DNA of 64,000 bases from an uncultured Desulfarculus sp. (GTDB taxonomy: Bacteria; Desulfobacterota; Desulfarculia; Desulfarculales; Desulfarculaceae): contig CAXXUK010000001.1 of the NCBI GenBank assembly GCA_963665125.2, positions 352,001 to 416,000 on the forward strand, in the 5' to 3' direction. The position numbers were made by a program, and so were the translations under genes. Positions 40,441-49,350 of this stretch are shown one piece after another. The notes under the pieces were generated by a model that ran no database searches, had not been told where the DNA came from, and saw nothing but the letters and a program-made list of their open reading frames with translations. Each line of letters opens with the position of its first letter. The first letter of the stretch is position 1.

Positions 40441-41073
40441 TTAAAGTAAAGACTTCAATGATGTTCCGATGCTTTGCTCGATGAGCGCGTCAACCGGCCG
40501 CCAGGGGATCTCCCGTACGGTGATCAGGCAGGTGACAATGCCCTGGGCCTGGGTCAGCAGGGCCTGCCAGATAAGTTCGGTGTCATCGCCTTGGATCATG
40601 CCCCGTTGGCGGGCGTCGTCAATGGCCCGCACCAGGGCCTGGTAGGCTTCCATCCCGGACATCACGGCCAGCCCGTTCATGTCCTCGTCGGGCGTGGACG
40701 ACAGGTCCTCGATCATGAAGATCACCCGGTAATGGTCCGGGTTGGCGACCCAGTATTTGATGTACTGGGTCAAGATGACCCGGATGCGCTCAAGCGGATC
40801 ATCGACGCCGGCGATGGCCGCCATGCAGCAATCCGATAGGCGCTGGAACAACTCTTCCCACAGAAAATGCAGGATGTGGCGTTTGTTGTGGAAGTAGTGG
40901 TAGAGCGTGGTGGGGTTGAGGCCCGCCTGTGCCGCCACCTTGCGCATGGACACCTTTTCAAAGCCCTGTTCCAGAAACATGGTCCGCGCGGCATCGATTA
41001 TGCGTAGGCGCAGGGCCTGCTTTTGCTCTTCGCTTTGGGGAGGGCGGCCCCGCTGTTTTATAGGTTCGGTCAT
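40441..41073 (-). CDS. TetR/AcrR-family regulator
   Basis: IIDAARTMF.EQGF..VSMRKVA..AGL..TTLYHYF.NK. Confidence 0.92.
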   Translation of the reverse strand: MTEPIKQRGRPPQSEEQKQALRLRIIDAARTMFLEQGFEKVSMRKVAAQAGLNPTTLYHYFHNKRHILHFLWEELFQRLSDCCMAAIAGVDDPLERIRVILTQYIKYWVANPDHYRVIFMIEDLSSTPDEDMNGLAVMSGMEAYQALVRAIDDARQRGMIQGDDTELIWQALLTQAQGIVTCLITVREIPWRPVDALIEQSIGTSLKSLL

Positions 41074-41186
41074 GGGTAGTTCTTTTGTGTAACGCGTATG
41101 AAATAAACTTGCAATCCGCTGACGGCTTGTGTTTTTATTAACGCGTTAAATAAAATAATGCAATGGGATTGTGAAAGTTCGGCAAG

Positions 41187-42425
41187 GTGAAGGCCATGGA
41201 AAAAAAAGAAATCCTGGAACTGGCCAGACAGTATGTCTGTCCGGGCAAGCTGGACACTTTCGCCATGATCGGCGTGGATCTGGTCATCGGCGACAGGCAG
41301 GGCCCGTATCTGTTCGATGTCGACGGCCAAAGGCTTATCGATCTGCACATCAACGGCGGCACCTTCAGCCTGGGTCACCGCAACCCGGAACTCGTCGCGG
41401 TGCTCAAGGCGGCTTTGGACGAGGTGGACGTCGGCAACCACCATTTCGCCAGCAAGGCCAGGGCCCTGTTGGCCCAAAAGCTGGCCCAAAACACGCCGGG
41501 CGATCTGCATTACACAGTCTTTGCCTCGGGCGGCAGCGAGGCCGTGGACATCGCCGTAAAAACCGCGCGCTGGGCCACAAAGCGGCGGCAGATCGTTTCC
41601 CTGGACAAGGGCTATCACGGCAGCACCGGCATATCCGGCAATGTGGGCGACCCGGCAAACATGGACTTTTTTCTGAGCCGAGGCACAAAGCTCGATTATG
41701 AGCACGTGCCGTTCAATGACCTGGCGGCCATGGAGAATGTCCTCAAAAAAGAGCAGACCGCGGCCGTGATCATGGAGACCATCCCGGCTACCTACGGCTT
41801 CCCTTTGCCCGCCGACGGCTACCTGAGCGGCGTGCGGGAACTGTGCTCCAAATACGGCGCGCTCTACATCGCCGACGAGGTGCAGACCGGCCTGGGCCGC
41901 ACCGGACACATGTGGGGCGTTGATGCCTTTGGCGTCGCGCCGGACATCTTGATCACCGGCAAGGGCCTCTCCGGCGGCATCTACCCCATCGCGGCCACGG
42001 TGATCGCCAAGCAATACGGCGGCTGGCTCACGGAAAACGGCTTTGGCCATATCTCCACCTTTGGCGGGGCAGAACCGGGCTGCCATGTTGCCTCCCGGGT
42101 CATCGACATCTGCTCCGACCCGGCCCTGTTGACCTCGGTAAGGGAGCATGCGGCCATTTTGGGCGACGGCTTTGCCCAACTGCAAAGCAGCTACCCGTTC
42201 CTCAAGGAAATCCGGCAGTGCGGCCTGGTCATCGGCCTGCAATACGACGACCCCATGGGCGCCGTGAATATGTGCAAGGCCCTGTACGAAAACGGCGTGT
42301 GGGCCATGATCGCCGGTTTTGATTACTCGGTGATGCAATGCAAGCCCTGGCTGTATCTGGACGAGGCCCTGATCGGCGACATCCTGGACAGGTTTGAGAC
42401 GGCCTTGAAGATATGTTCGTCCTAG
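41187..42425 (+). CDS. Class III PLP-dependent (aminotransferase-fold) enzyme; ATG at 41196 is an alternative start
   Basis: SGGSEAVD, GYHG, IADEVQTGLGRTG, GKGLSGG (PLP Lys), STFGG. Confidence 0.9.
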   Translation: MKAMEKKEILELARQYVCPGKLDTFAMIGVDLVIGDRQGPYLFDVDGQRLIDLHINGGTFSLGHRNPELVAVLKAALDEVDVGNHHFASKARALLAQKLAQNTPGDLHYTVFASGGSEAVDIAVKTARWATKRRQIVSLDKGYHGSTGISGNVGDPANMDFFLSRGTKLDYEHVPFNDLAAMENVLKKEQTAAVIMETIPATYGFPLPADGYLSGVRELCSKYGALYIADEVQTGLGRTGHMWGVDAFGVAPDILITGKGLSGGIYPIAATVIAKQYGGWLTENGFGHISTFGGAEPGCHVASRVIDICSDPALLTSVREHAAILGDGFAQLQSSYPFLKEIRQCGLVIGLQYDDPMGAVNMCKALYENGVWAMIAGFDYSVMQCKPWLYLDEALIGDILDRFETALKICSS

Positions 42426-42471
42426 GCCGCGGCAAGGCCTGAAACCGCCTCCCGGCTTAAAGGAGCGGAAA

Positions 42472-43389
42472 ATGCTTTCAACTGAATTTCTGCAAAAATT
42501 CGAACAAGGCCTCGACCCCCAAAAGCCGCAAGACTCATCCATTCCGGCCAGGATCGTCGGCTATGGCGAGATGTCGGCCATCTTCGCCTTGGAAGCAGAC
42601 AAGGAAAACGTCTACAAGCGCATGCCTCTTTTCGGCGACATCCAAGGCGCCGAGCGGTACCAGCGGATGTACTATGAATATTGCGATCTGCTGGAAAAGG
42701 CCGGGCTGAATCTGCCAGGCCACGACACCAGGCTGGTGGCTGCGCCGGGCAGGCCGGTTTCCCTGTACATAGCCCAGAAAGCCCAACCTGAAAGCAACTT
42801 CGCCCACAAACGGATTCAACAACCCGATGACGCGGCATGTCTGAAATTGATCGGATCGGTCGTAGACGAGACCAGTAAGGTCTGGGCCTTCAACGCCGCC
42901 AATTCGCCGGAAGTGGCTCTGGCCATCGACGGCCAGCTTTCCAACTGGGTCCTGGACGCCGGGGAGTCCAATAAACTCTACTATATCGACACCAGCACGC
43001 CGCTTTATTGCATCCGGGGCATTGAACAGCAGGATCCTGAGTTGCTGCTGCAGAGCGCTCCGTCCTTTATGCGCTGGGTCATCCGCCTGTTTTTCCTGGA
43101 AGGCGTGATGACCCGCTATTACGCGCCCCGGCTGGTATTTACCGATCTGGTCGCCAATCTGTACAAGGAGCAACGGCCGGAGCTGATCGAACCGGCCATC
43201 GCCTTGGTCAATGACGGGATGCCCGCCGGCCAGGAGCCCCTGACCAAAACCGAGGTGGATAAATACTACAGGGAAGACAAGATGATCTGGCGGGTCTTCC
43301 TGGGCCTGCGGCGCTTTGACCGCTTCATAACCACCAAACTTTTGCGAAAGCGCTACGAATTCATCTTACCCGGCAAGATCAAACGATAA
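42472..43389 (+). CDS. Uncharacterised protein (DUF6206-like) with kinase-like motifs
   Basis: GGAG ribosome site; operonic position; GYGEMS, VYKR, IDGQLSN, YIDT. Confidence 0.6.
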   Translation: MLSTEFLQKFEQGLDPQKPQDSSIPARIVGYGEMSAIFALEADKENVYKRMPLFGDIQGAERYQRMYYEYCDLLEKAGLNLPGHDTRLVAAPGRPVSLYIAQKAQPESNFAHKRIQQPDDAACLKLIGSVVDETSKVWAFNAANSPEVALAIDGQLSNWVLDAGESNKLYYIDTSTPLYCIRGIEQQDPELLLQSAPSFMRWVIRLFFLEGVMTRYYAPRLVFTDLVANLYKEQRPELIEPAIALVNDGMPAGQEPLTKTEVDKYYREDKMIWRVFLGLRRFDRFITTKLLRKRYEFILPGKIKR

Positions 43390-43398
43390 GGAGCCGCC

Positions 43399-44730
43399 AT
43401 GTGCGATACCATTGCCGCCGCGCCCGGGGCCACCGCCGACGGCGTCACCCTATTCGGCAAGAACTCCGACCGCGAGCCCAACGAGGCCCAGAACCTGTGC
43501 CATGTTCCCGGCCGTGAGTTTGAGCCCGGCTCGACCGTGCAATGCACGTATGTCTCCATCCCCCAGGTGGAGCGGACCAACACGATGCTATTAAGCAAGC
43601 CGTTTTGGATGTGGGGCGCGGAAATGGGCGTCAACGAGCACGGCCTGGCCATCGGCAACGAGGCGGTGTTCACCAAAGTGCCATATGAAAAGGCCCCGGC
43701 CCTTACCGGCATGGACCTGTTGCGCCTGGCCCTGGAGCGGGCCGCCACGGCCCGGGAGGCGGTGGCGGTTATCACCGGCCTGCTGGCCGCCCACGGCCAG
43801 GGCGGCAACTGCGGCTACACCCACAAGCTCTATTATCACAACAGCTTTTTGATGGCCGACCCGACCGAGGTCTGGGTCCTGGAAACGGCCGGTCCCCACT
43901 GGGCCGGCAAGAAAATCAACGGGGTGTATTCCATATCCAACAAAATCACCATCGAGTCGGATTGGGACCTGGCCTCCGATGAGCTGGTGGATTACGCCGT
44001 GCAAAAGAAATGGTGCCGCTCGGCGGCGGATTTTTCCTTTGCCCGCTGCTACAGCGACTTCCTGTACTCCAAGTTCAGTGCCGCCGAGCATCGTTGCGGT
44101 TGCTCCAGGCATCTGCTTGCCGCCAAACAGGGCAAGCTTGCGGTCGGCGATTTCTTTGCTGTCTTGCGGGACCATGGCGATAGTTCAGGCGATTCATACC
44201 GGCCGGACAAGGGGCTGTTCGTCTCCCAGGTCTGCAATCACGCGGCATGGGGACCGGTGCGAATCAGCCAGACCGTGGGTTCGCTGGTCAGCCGCCTGAC
44301 TCCGGGCCTGGCCACGCATTTTGTCACCGGCACCGCCGCGCCTTGCACCAGCGTGTTCAAACCCATTTGGATCGACACGCCAGGGGCCTTGCCGACTCAA
44401 CCGGCGGACAAGACCTGCGATGGGCAAAGCCTGTTCTGGCGGCATGAAAGACTCCATCGCCGGGTGCTGCAAAACTATCCGCAGGGCATGGGGGTGATTG
44501 CTCCGGCCAGGGACGAACTGGAGGCCGGGCTGCTGGAGCAGGCCCTTGGCGCGTCCGGCGCGGACCGGTCCGTTCGCGAACAAATCGCCAAACAGGCCTT
44601 TGGGCAAGGCGATAAATTTATAAATGAGAGTCTGGCCGCGTTGCAAGGCCAATCAAAGGCTGGCGGTTCCGGATTTTTGTATGCACAGGCCTGGCGCAAG
44701 TGGAACAAGGCGGCCGGTGTGCCCGATTAA
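43399..44730 (+). CDS. C69/secernin-like Ntn hydrolase
   Basis: N-terminal MCDT (Cys nucleophile), GKNSDREPNE, WMWGAEMGVNEHG, GMDLLRLALER. Confidence 0.87.
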   Translation: MCDTIAAAPGATADGVTLFGKNSDREPNEAQNLCHVPGREFEPGSTVQCTYVSIPQVERTNTMLLSKPFWMWGAEMGVNEHGLAIGNEAVFTKVPYEKAPALTGMDLLRLALERAATAREAVAVITGLLAAHGQGGNCGYTHKLYYHNSFLMADPTEVWVLETAGPHWAGKKINGVYSISNKITIESDWDLASDELVDYAVQKKWCRSAADFSFARCYSDFLYSKFSAAEHRCGCSRHLLAAKQGKLAVGDFFAVLRDHGDSSGDSYRPDKGLFVSQVCNHAAWGPVRISQTVGSLVSRLTPGLATHFVTGTAAPCTSVFKPIWIDTPGALPTQPADKTCDGQSLFWRHERLHRRVLQNYPQGMGVIAPARDELEAGLLEQALGASGADRSVREQIAKQAFGQGDKFINESLAALQGQSKAGGSGFLYAQAWRKWNKAAGVPD

Positions 44731-44756
44731 AACGTCCGTCCGGCTTCGACAGAGCC

Positions 44757-46517
44757 CTATCCGGCGGCTTCCACAGTCTGGTTTTTACCCCTGGCCTTGG
44801 CCTGATACAGGGCCTGGTCGGCCCGCTTGACCACGGTCTTTGAGTCTTCGTTCAGTCGAAGCTGGGCCGCGCCCAGGCTGACGGTTACCTTGACCTGCAT
44901 GCCAGGCGAAGGTTCAAAAACGTGGCGGGCAAAGCCCTGCCTGATACGTTCGCCAATTTCCAGAATGGCCTGTCCTTCAACGCCGGGAAGGATCAGCGCG
45001 AATTCCTCGCCGCCATAGCGGCAGGGCGAGTCGTCCAGGCGCACCGCGCTTTGCATCTGTTTGCCCAGGACCGCCAGCACCTTGTCGCCTTCGGTATGAC
45101 CATAGGTGTCGTTGAAGCGTTTGAAATCATCCACGTCCAACAAAATAAGGCCCATGGGGTCGCCTGTTTCATGGGCGTGCCTTGTTTCGCTGTCCAACTT
45201 GTTCCAGAAATAGCGTGAGTTGAACAGGCCGGTGAGCTCGTCGGTCAGGCTGAGGTGGCGGTACCGCCGTTCGCGCTGCACAAGGATTTGCCGCTCGTTT
45301 TGGATCTCCCTGATACGGTCGGCCAGGGCCATGGATAAAAGTATGCTTTCGATGGCGGCGGCGATGGTCATCAGTGAGCGGGGCAGGGGCACCAGCAGGT
45401 TGAGCCCCATGCTCCAGGCCCCCCAGGCCATGGCGCCCAATAGCAGCACGCACCAGGCGATCAGGTAGAAGCGCGCAGGCCGGAAGCCTCTGCTCATTGC
45501 CTGGGTGCCCGCGGCAATGGCGATTACGGGAGCCACCAGGGCAAGGCTGTGGATGAGCCATGTCCCGTACCAGATTTGGTTGGTCAGGGCCAGGACAAAC
45601 AGCACCACGGACGCCGCCTGCGTAGCCCTGAGGAATTTATGGATCAGCGGGGTGTTTGTCTTGGTGATCAAAAATGCGCTGCTGAACTCGGCGCCGAAGA
45701 ACAACAGGAACGACGAGGACACCAGGCTTATGGCCGGGATCAGATGCCAAAGCTCCTTGGGTAGGAATAGCACTTGACCCTGCAAACAAAACTGGTGGGC
45801 GATGATGCTGACCATGTAGAGGATATAGCGCAGATAGACCTTGTCGCGGGTGGCCAGAAACACCAGAGTGTTGAACAGCAGCATTGCCCCCATCACGCCG
45901 TAGAGCGCCCCGAACAGATAGGTTTCATGTACGACGCAATCTTCAAAATCGCTACGCGAATAGATGCGCAGCCCCGCGTTGAGCGACAATACCGATTGAA
46001 GGCGGAGGTAGGCGAATCCTTTCCTGGGGGTGTCGTCCGGGGCCAAAAAGGCGAACAGACCCAGGCGGCTGGTGGGCGATGGCTGCTGGAGTCCGGTTGA
46101 ATTTTCCAGCCAGCCGCCATTGGGCAGGGGCAGATAATAATCTATCCGGTCCATCCACGGCGCGGCTACGTCCAAGACCCATGGACCGGTTGCCGGCGTT
46201 TGATCCAGGTCTATGCGCACCCACAGCGGCGAACGGTTGAAGCCCAGCGATACGCGGTTTCTCTCAATGGTTTTATAGCTTGCGGCTGTTTGCGGTGATG
46301 CCGCGCGCTCGATGTCCATTTCTTCGCTTGGGTCCTCGAGCAGGCCTATATGCGTTGGAGGTTGCGCTTGGGTGGAGGCGGGAACCGAATCGCAGGCGGC
46401 GCACACCAGAATGAGCAATATCAATATCAGAATTGATTTGTAACCCGGCAGATGGCTGTACGCAACTGTTGGTTTGATTGAGCCGTTGGTTACATTTGTC
46501 AAGCCTTCTGACTCCAT
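44757..46517 (-). CDS. 7TMR-DISM sensor diguanylate cyclase
   Basis: SLGF..SPLWVR extracellular domain, seven hydrophobic segments, LSMALADR, DELTGLFN, RLDD..RYGGEEF (RxxD I-site intact). Confidence 0.88.
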   Translation of the reverse strand: MESEGLTNVTNGSIKPTVAYSHLPGYKSILILILLILVCAACDSVPASTQAQPPTHIGLLEDPSEEMDIERAASPQTAASYKTIERNRVSLGFNRSPLWVRIDLDQTPATGPWVLDVAAPWMDRIDYYLPLPNGGWLENSTGLQQPSPTSRLGLFAFLAPDDTPRKGFAYLRLQSVLSLNAGLRIYSRSDFEDCVVHETYLFGALYGVMGAMLLFNTLVFLATRDKVYLRYILYMVSIIAHQFCLQGQVLFLPKELWHLIPAISLVSSSFLLFFGAEFSSAFLITKTNTPLIHKFLRATQAASVVLFVLALTNQIWYGTWLIHSLALVAPVIAIAAGTQAMSRGFRPARFYLIAWCVLLLGAMAWGAWSMGLNLLVPLPRSLMTIAAAIESILLSMALADRIREIQNERQILVQRERRYRHLSLTDELTGLFNSRYFWNKLDSETRHAHETGDPMGLILLDVDDFKRFNDTYGHTEGDKVLAVLGKQMQSAVRLDDSPCRYGGEEFALILPGVEGQAILEIGERIRQGFARHVFEPSPGMQVKVTVSLGAAQLRLNEDSKTVVKRADQALYQAKARGKNQTVEAAG

Positions 46518-46621
46518 GTTTGGGGGTGGAGTAGGGTTAAGGCCGATTCAACGAGATTGTTTGCATTGATATTATAAAACATGCCAATATGACGAAAATA
46601 CTACAATATTCGGTCTTGAAA

Positions 46622-46650
46622 ATGGTATAGTCCTCTTCCTTGATTGTCAA
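46622..46650 (-). promoter_or_regulatory. sigma70 promoter for the 7TMR-DISM cyclase
   Basis: Minus strand TTGACA-17 bp-TACCAT. Confidence 0.5.
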
Positions 46651-46800
46651 ATAAAAACCCTGTGCTAAATGATCGCCAACGTTCATGGAAAACACGTAAG
46701 TATACTTCCAAAACTGGTTTGTTGGGGAACCGATGGGCGTTGTGACCAGCGCCTCGAAAGAGGATGGATAGTGATTAAATAGTGGTGGTTAGGTTGTGAC

Positions 46801-47454
46801 TTATTGCCTAACCAGGGCCCCGCTTACCAAAAATTCCACCGAATCCCTGATGAATTCCATCATGTCCGTGTCATAGAGGGTCAGGCCCATGGCGGCGACT
46901 TTTTTGTTGACCCTCCGGGCCTGGGAAAGGGTCTGGCCGTGACCAATGACCAGGGCGTAAATTCTTAGGGCAAGACGCGACGAGTCCTCGAAGGATAGTA
47001 AGGGCCATTTATGGGTTATGGCCCGGCCAACCTCATTAGCCATCAGGGCCATGTGAACCTTTGACTCGAACAGCTGTTGCTCCCTGGTGCGATTGTCCAG
47101 CAGGATGTAGGTCAGGCTGGTCAGGTTCAACAACAGGGGATTGTCGTAAATATAAGCCAGAAGGGCGTCGGCGATTTCGCGTCTGGAGCTGTCGCTCGGC
47201 AGCTTGTTCAGGTTTTGGGCGATGGAATCGACCCATAGCTGGATTTGTTGCAGGAATACGGCCAGATAGATTTCCTCCTTTGATTTGAAATAAAGATAAA
47301 CCGTTCCCTTGGCCAAACCGGCCTTGGCCGCGATTTCATTCACGGTTGAGGTGCCGCCTTTGTTTTTTTTATATAGGGCCCAGGCCGAATCGATGATGTG
47401 CGCTCTGCGGCGCTCTTTTGCTCCGTCGGATATGGCGCGCTTTTGAACCGGCAT
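46801..47454 (-). CDS. TetR-family regulator
   Basis: RRAHIIDSA, TVNEIAAKAGLAKGTVYLYFKSKEEI. Confidence 0.9.
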   Translation of the reverse strand: MPVQKRAISDGAKERRRAHIIDSAWALYKKNKGGTSTVNEIAAKAGLAKGTVYLYFKSKEEIYLAVFLQQIQLWVDSIAQNLNKLPSDSSRREIADALLAYIYDNPLLLNLTSLTYILLDNRTREQQLFESKVHMALMANEVGRAITHKWPLLSFEDSSRLALRIYALVIGHGQTLSQARRVNKKVAAMGLTLYDTDMMEFIRDSVEFLVSGALVRQ

Positions 47455-47693
47455 CCTGGAATCCGATCTACCTATGCGGGGTGAAGTCGTAAACAGGCCG
47501 GGGCCCTGGGCTCTCGGCAATCCAACATATCAAACCTGTTAGACCGCGTAAACAACAAGAACCGGGGCCGGTCCAACCCGTGGGAGAGGATTGAACCGGC
47601 CCCGGCGTTACCAGGCCCAGCGGCGTCAAGCTGCCCGCCCGACAGCTTGACGCGACAAGGCCGGTTTTTTGAAAAGATATTTCCGTCGTGTTG

Positions 47694-48509
47694 TTAGGCA
47701 TCCAGTGGATACTGGTGAACCACTTCGGCCTTGACGAATGACATGGTGCTGCGAACGAACAGCCCGGCGGTAACTTCCTTTGGCTCGAAATCCCGCAGAT
47801 TGTCGTTTTCATTGCCGCCGAAAGTAAGCTCTGCATCGCCAACCCACAGTTCGTGCACCTTTTCGTTCTCCGAATGCAGCTTTACCAGCTCACAGTTCAT
47901 CAACAGCTTGCCGGGGTCGGTGCAGTCGGGCCAATGCCTGACACCGTAGAACGGGGCTGCCGGATACATGCTGGGGTCACCCTGCATCTTGACATCCACC
48001 AGGGCGTCAAAGACGTTGTGGTGATGCCGCGTCAGACCGCCCCGGAGCTTGGAGCCGACGCCCAGCGGCGGGATGGTGAAGTGGCCGTCGCGCGGCTGGG
48101 ACAAATAGATTTGCCCCAGTTTCTTTGGCCAGCCGTAGAACCAGCCGCCGACCATGGCCCAGTCGGAGTCTACGCAGAGATAAGGTACGATGGCCGCGTC
48201 TTCGCCCTTGTATTTACAGAACAAAATTATGCCGGCTTCGCGGTATTTTGCCCGTTCTGGGTTTTTCCAGAACAGATCCTCTTTGCCGTCGGGCACGTTG
48301 AGCAAATCGCCCACCCAGACGGCCGCCGAGCCCGGCTCGTCCGGCGGCTCGAGGGGCGCGGGAATCCAGGCGTTTAACTTTTCCGGGTCGCCCTTGAAGG
48401 TCACGCAAATCATTTCCATCAGCAGGTGATGGGGGAACGGCGACAGTAGTTCAGCGGAACCGTCCGGTGATAGGGGCAAGGTGGTTCCCTTTAAATTGGG
48501 CACTGACAT
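47694..48509 (-). CDS. Acetoacetate decarboxylase-family protein
   Basis: P.PLEP, YREAGI, VDSDWAMVGG..YGWPKKLG (Schiff-base Lys position). Confidence 0.8.
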   Translation of the reverse strand: MSVPNLKGTTLPLSPDGSAELLSPFPHHLLMEMICVTFKGDPEKLNAWIPAPLEPPDEPGSAAVWVGDLLNVPDGKEDLFWKNPERAKYREAGIILFCKYKGEDAAIVPYLCVDSDWAMVGGWFYGWPKKLGQIYLSQPRDGHFTIPPLGVGSKLRGGLTRHHHNVFDALVDVKMQGDPSMYPAAPFYGVRHWPDCTDPGKLLMNCELVKLHSENEKVHELWVGDAELTFGGNENDNLRDFEPKEVTAGLFVRSTMSFVKAEVVHQYPLDA

Positions 48510-48557
48510 TTTTTCCTCCTGGTTGCTAGCAAAGGGCCTTCGGCTTTGATGGTTATT

Positions 48558-48765
48558 AAATGACCTGTAGTCATTTGAGGTGATTTAATAATGACCGACG
48601 GTCACGTGTCAATAGATTTTTATTGTAGGTCGACTGGAATATGACGCAATATAGTGCATAAATGGCAATAAAGCAGTGAAAACGCAAACAATTGCACGTC
48701 GAGCACGATCAGAAAAAATAATTGACTCTGTGTCAAAAAATAATTGATAAATGACTAAAGGTCAT
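48558..48765. promoter_or_regulatory. Four TGAC-N5-GTCA palindromic operators in a divergent promoter region
   Basis: TGAC-CTGTA-GTCA (48561-48573), TGAC-CGACG-GTCA (48592-48604), TGAC-TCTGT-GTCA (48723-48735), TGAC-TAAAG-GTCA (48752-48764). Confidence 0.75.
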
Positions 48766-48854
48766 CTATTGTTGTTTGTGGGTTCGCGGCGGGGTCGGTT
48801 CCCGTTCGCGCTTACCGCTGCTTAGACGATAAATCCAGGTAAAGGGGAAGGTAG

Positions 48855-49280
48855 ATGTCACTGAGAAACAAGCTGGCGTTTGTTTGTTTTGCTCTGGTTT
48901 GTTTGGCCGCTTTGGCGGTTGGGCTGCGTTACACGTTCGCTACCCAGATCACGGCTTACCACCAACAGGGAATGGGAGTCAGCTGGGAGGAAATGTCGCC
49001 AACGGCCCAGGTCCAGACCGTCAATTACATGCGGGCGGGCGGTTTGGGTTTTCTGGTGGTGGCCGCGTCCATGGGTTTTTTATTGGCCATCCCTTTTCGG
49101 CGTGGCGAGGGTTGGGCCCGCTGGGCCCTGGCTACGGTTGCCTTGATTTATACGGGCGGCGAATGCGCGCTCCTTGTGGACATCATCAACCGGACCAGCG
49201 CTTCGCCTCCGTTGCTGCCCATGGCCATTGCCGTCGGATTCACGCTTGCCGGATTTTTCCTGGCCCATGCCGAACAATAG
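48855..49280 (+). CDS. Hypothetical 4-TM membrane protein
   Basis: Purine-rich ribosome site, four hydrophobic segments, PFRRGE.WARW. Confidence 0.65.
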   Translation: MSLRNKLAFVCFALVCLAALAVGLRYTFATQITAYHQQGMGVSWEEMSPTAQVQTVNYMRAGGLGFLVVAASMGFLLAIPFRRGEGWARWALATVALIYTGGECALLVDIINRTSASPPLLPMAIAVGFTLAGFFLAHAEQ

Positions 49281-49350
49281 TACCTGCCGCCGAGAACCGG
49301 GCTGGGGGTAACGGCAATTGTCATATTGGTTTCTTACTGGAGCATTCAAC

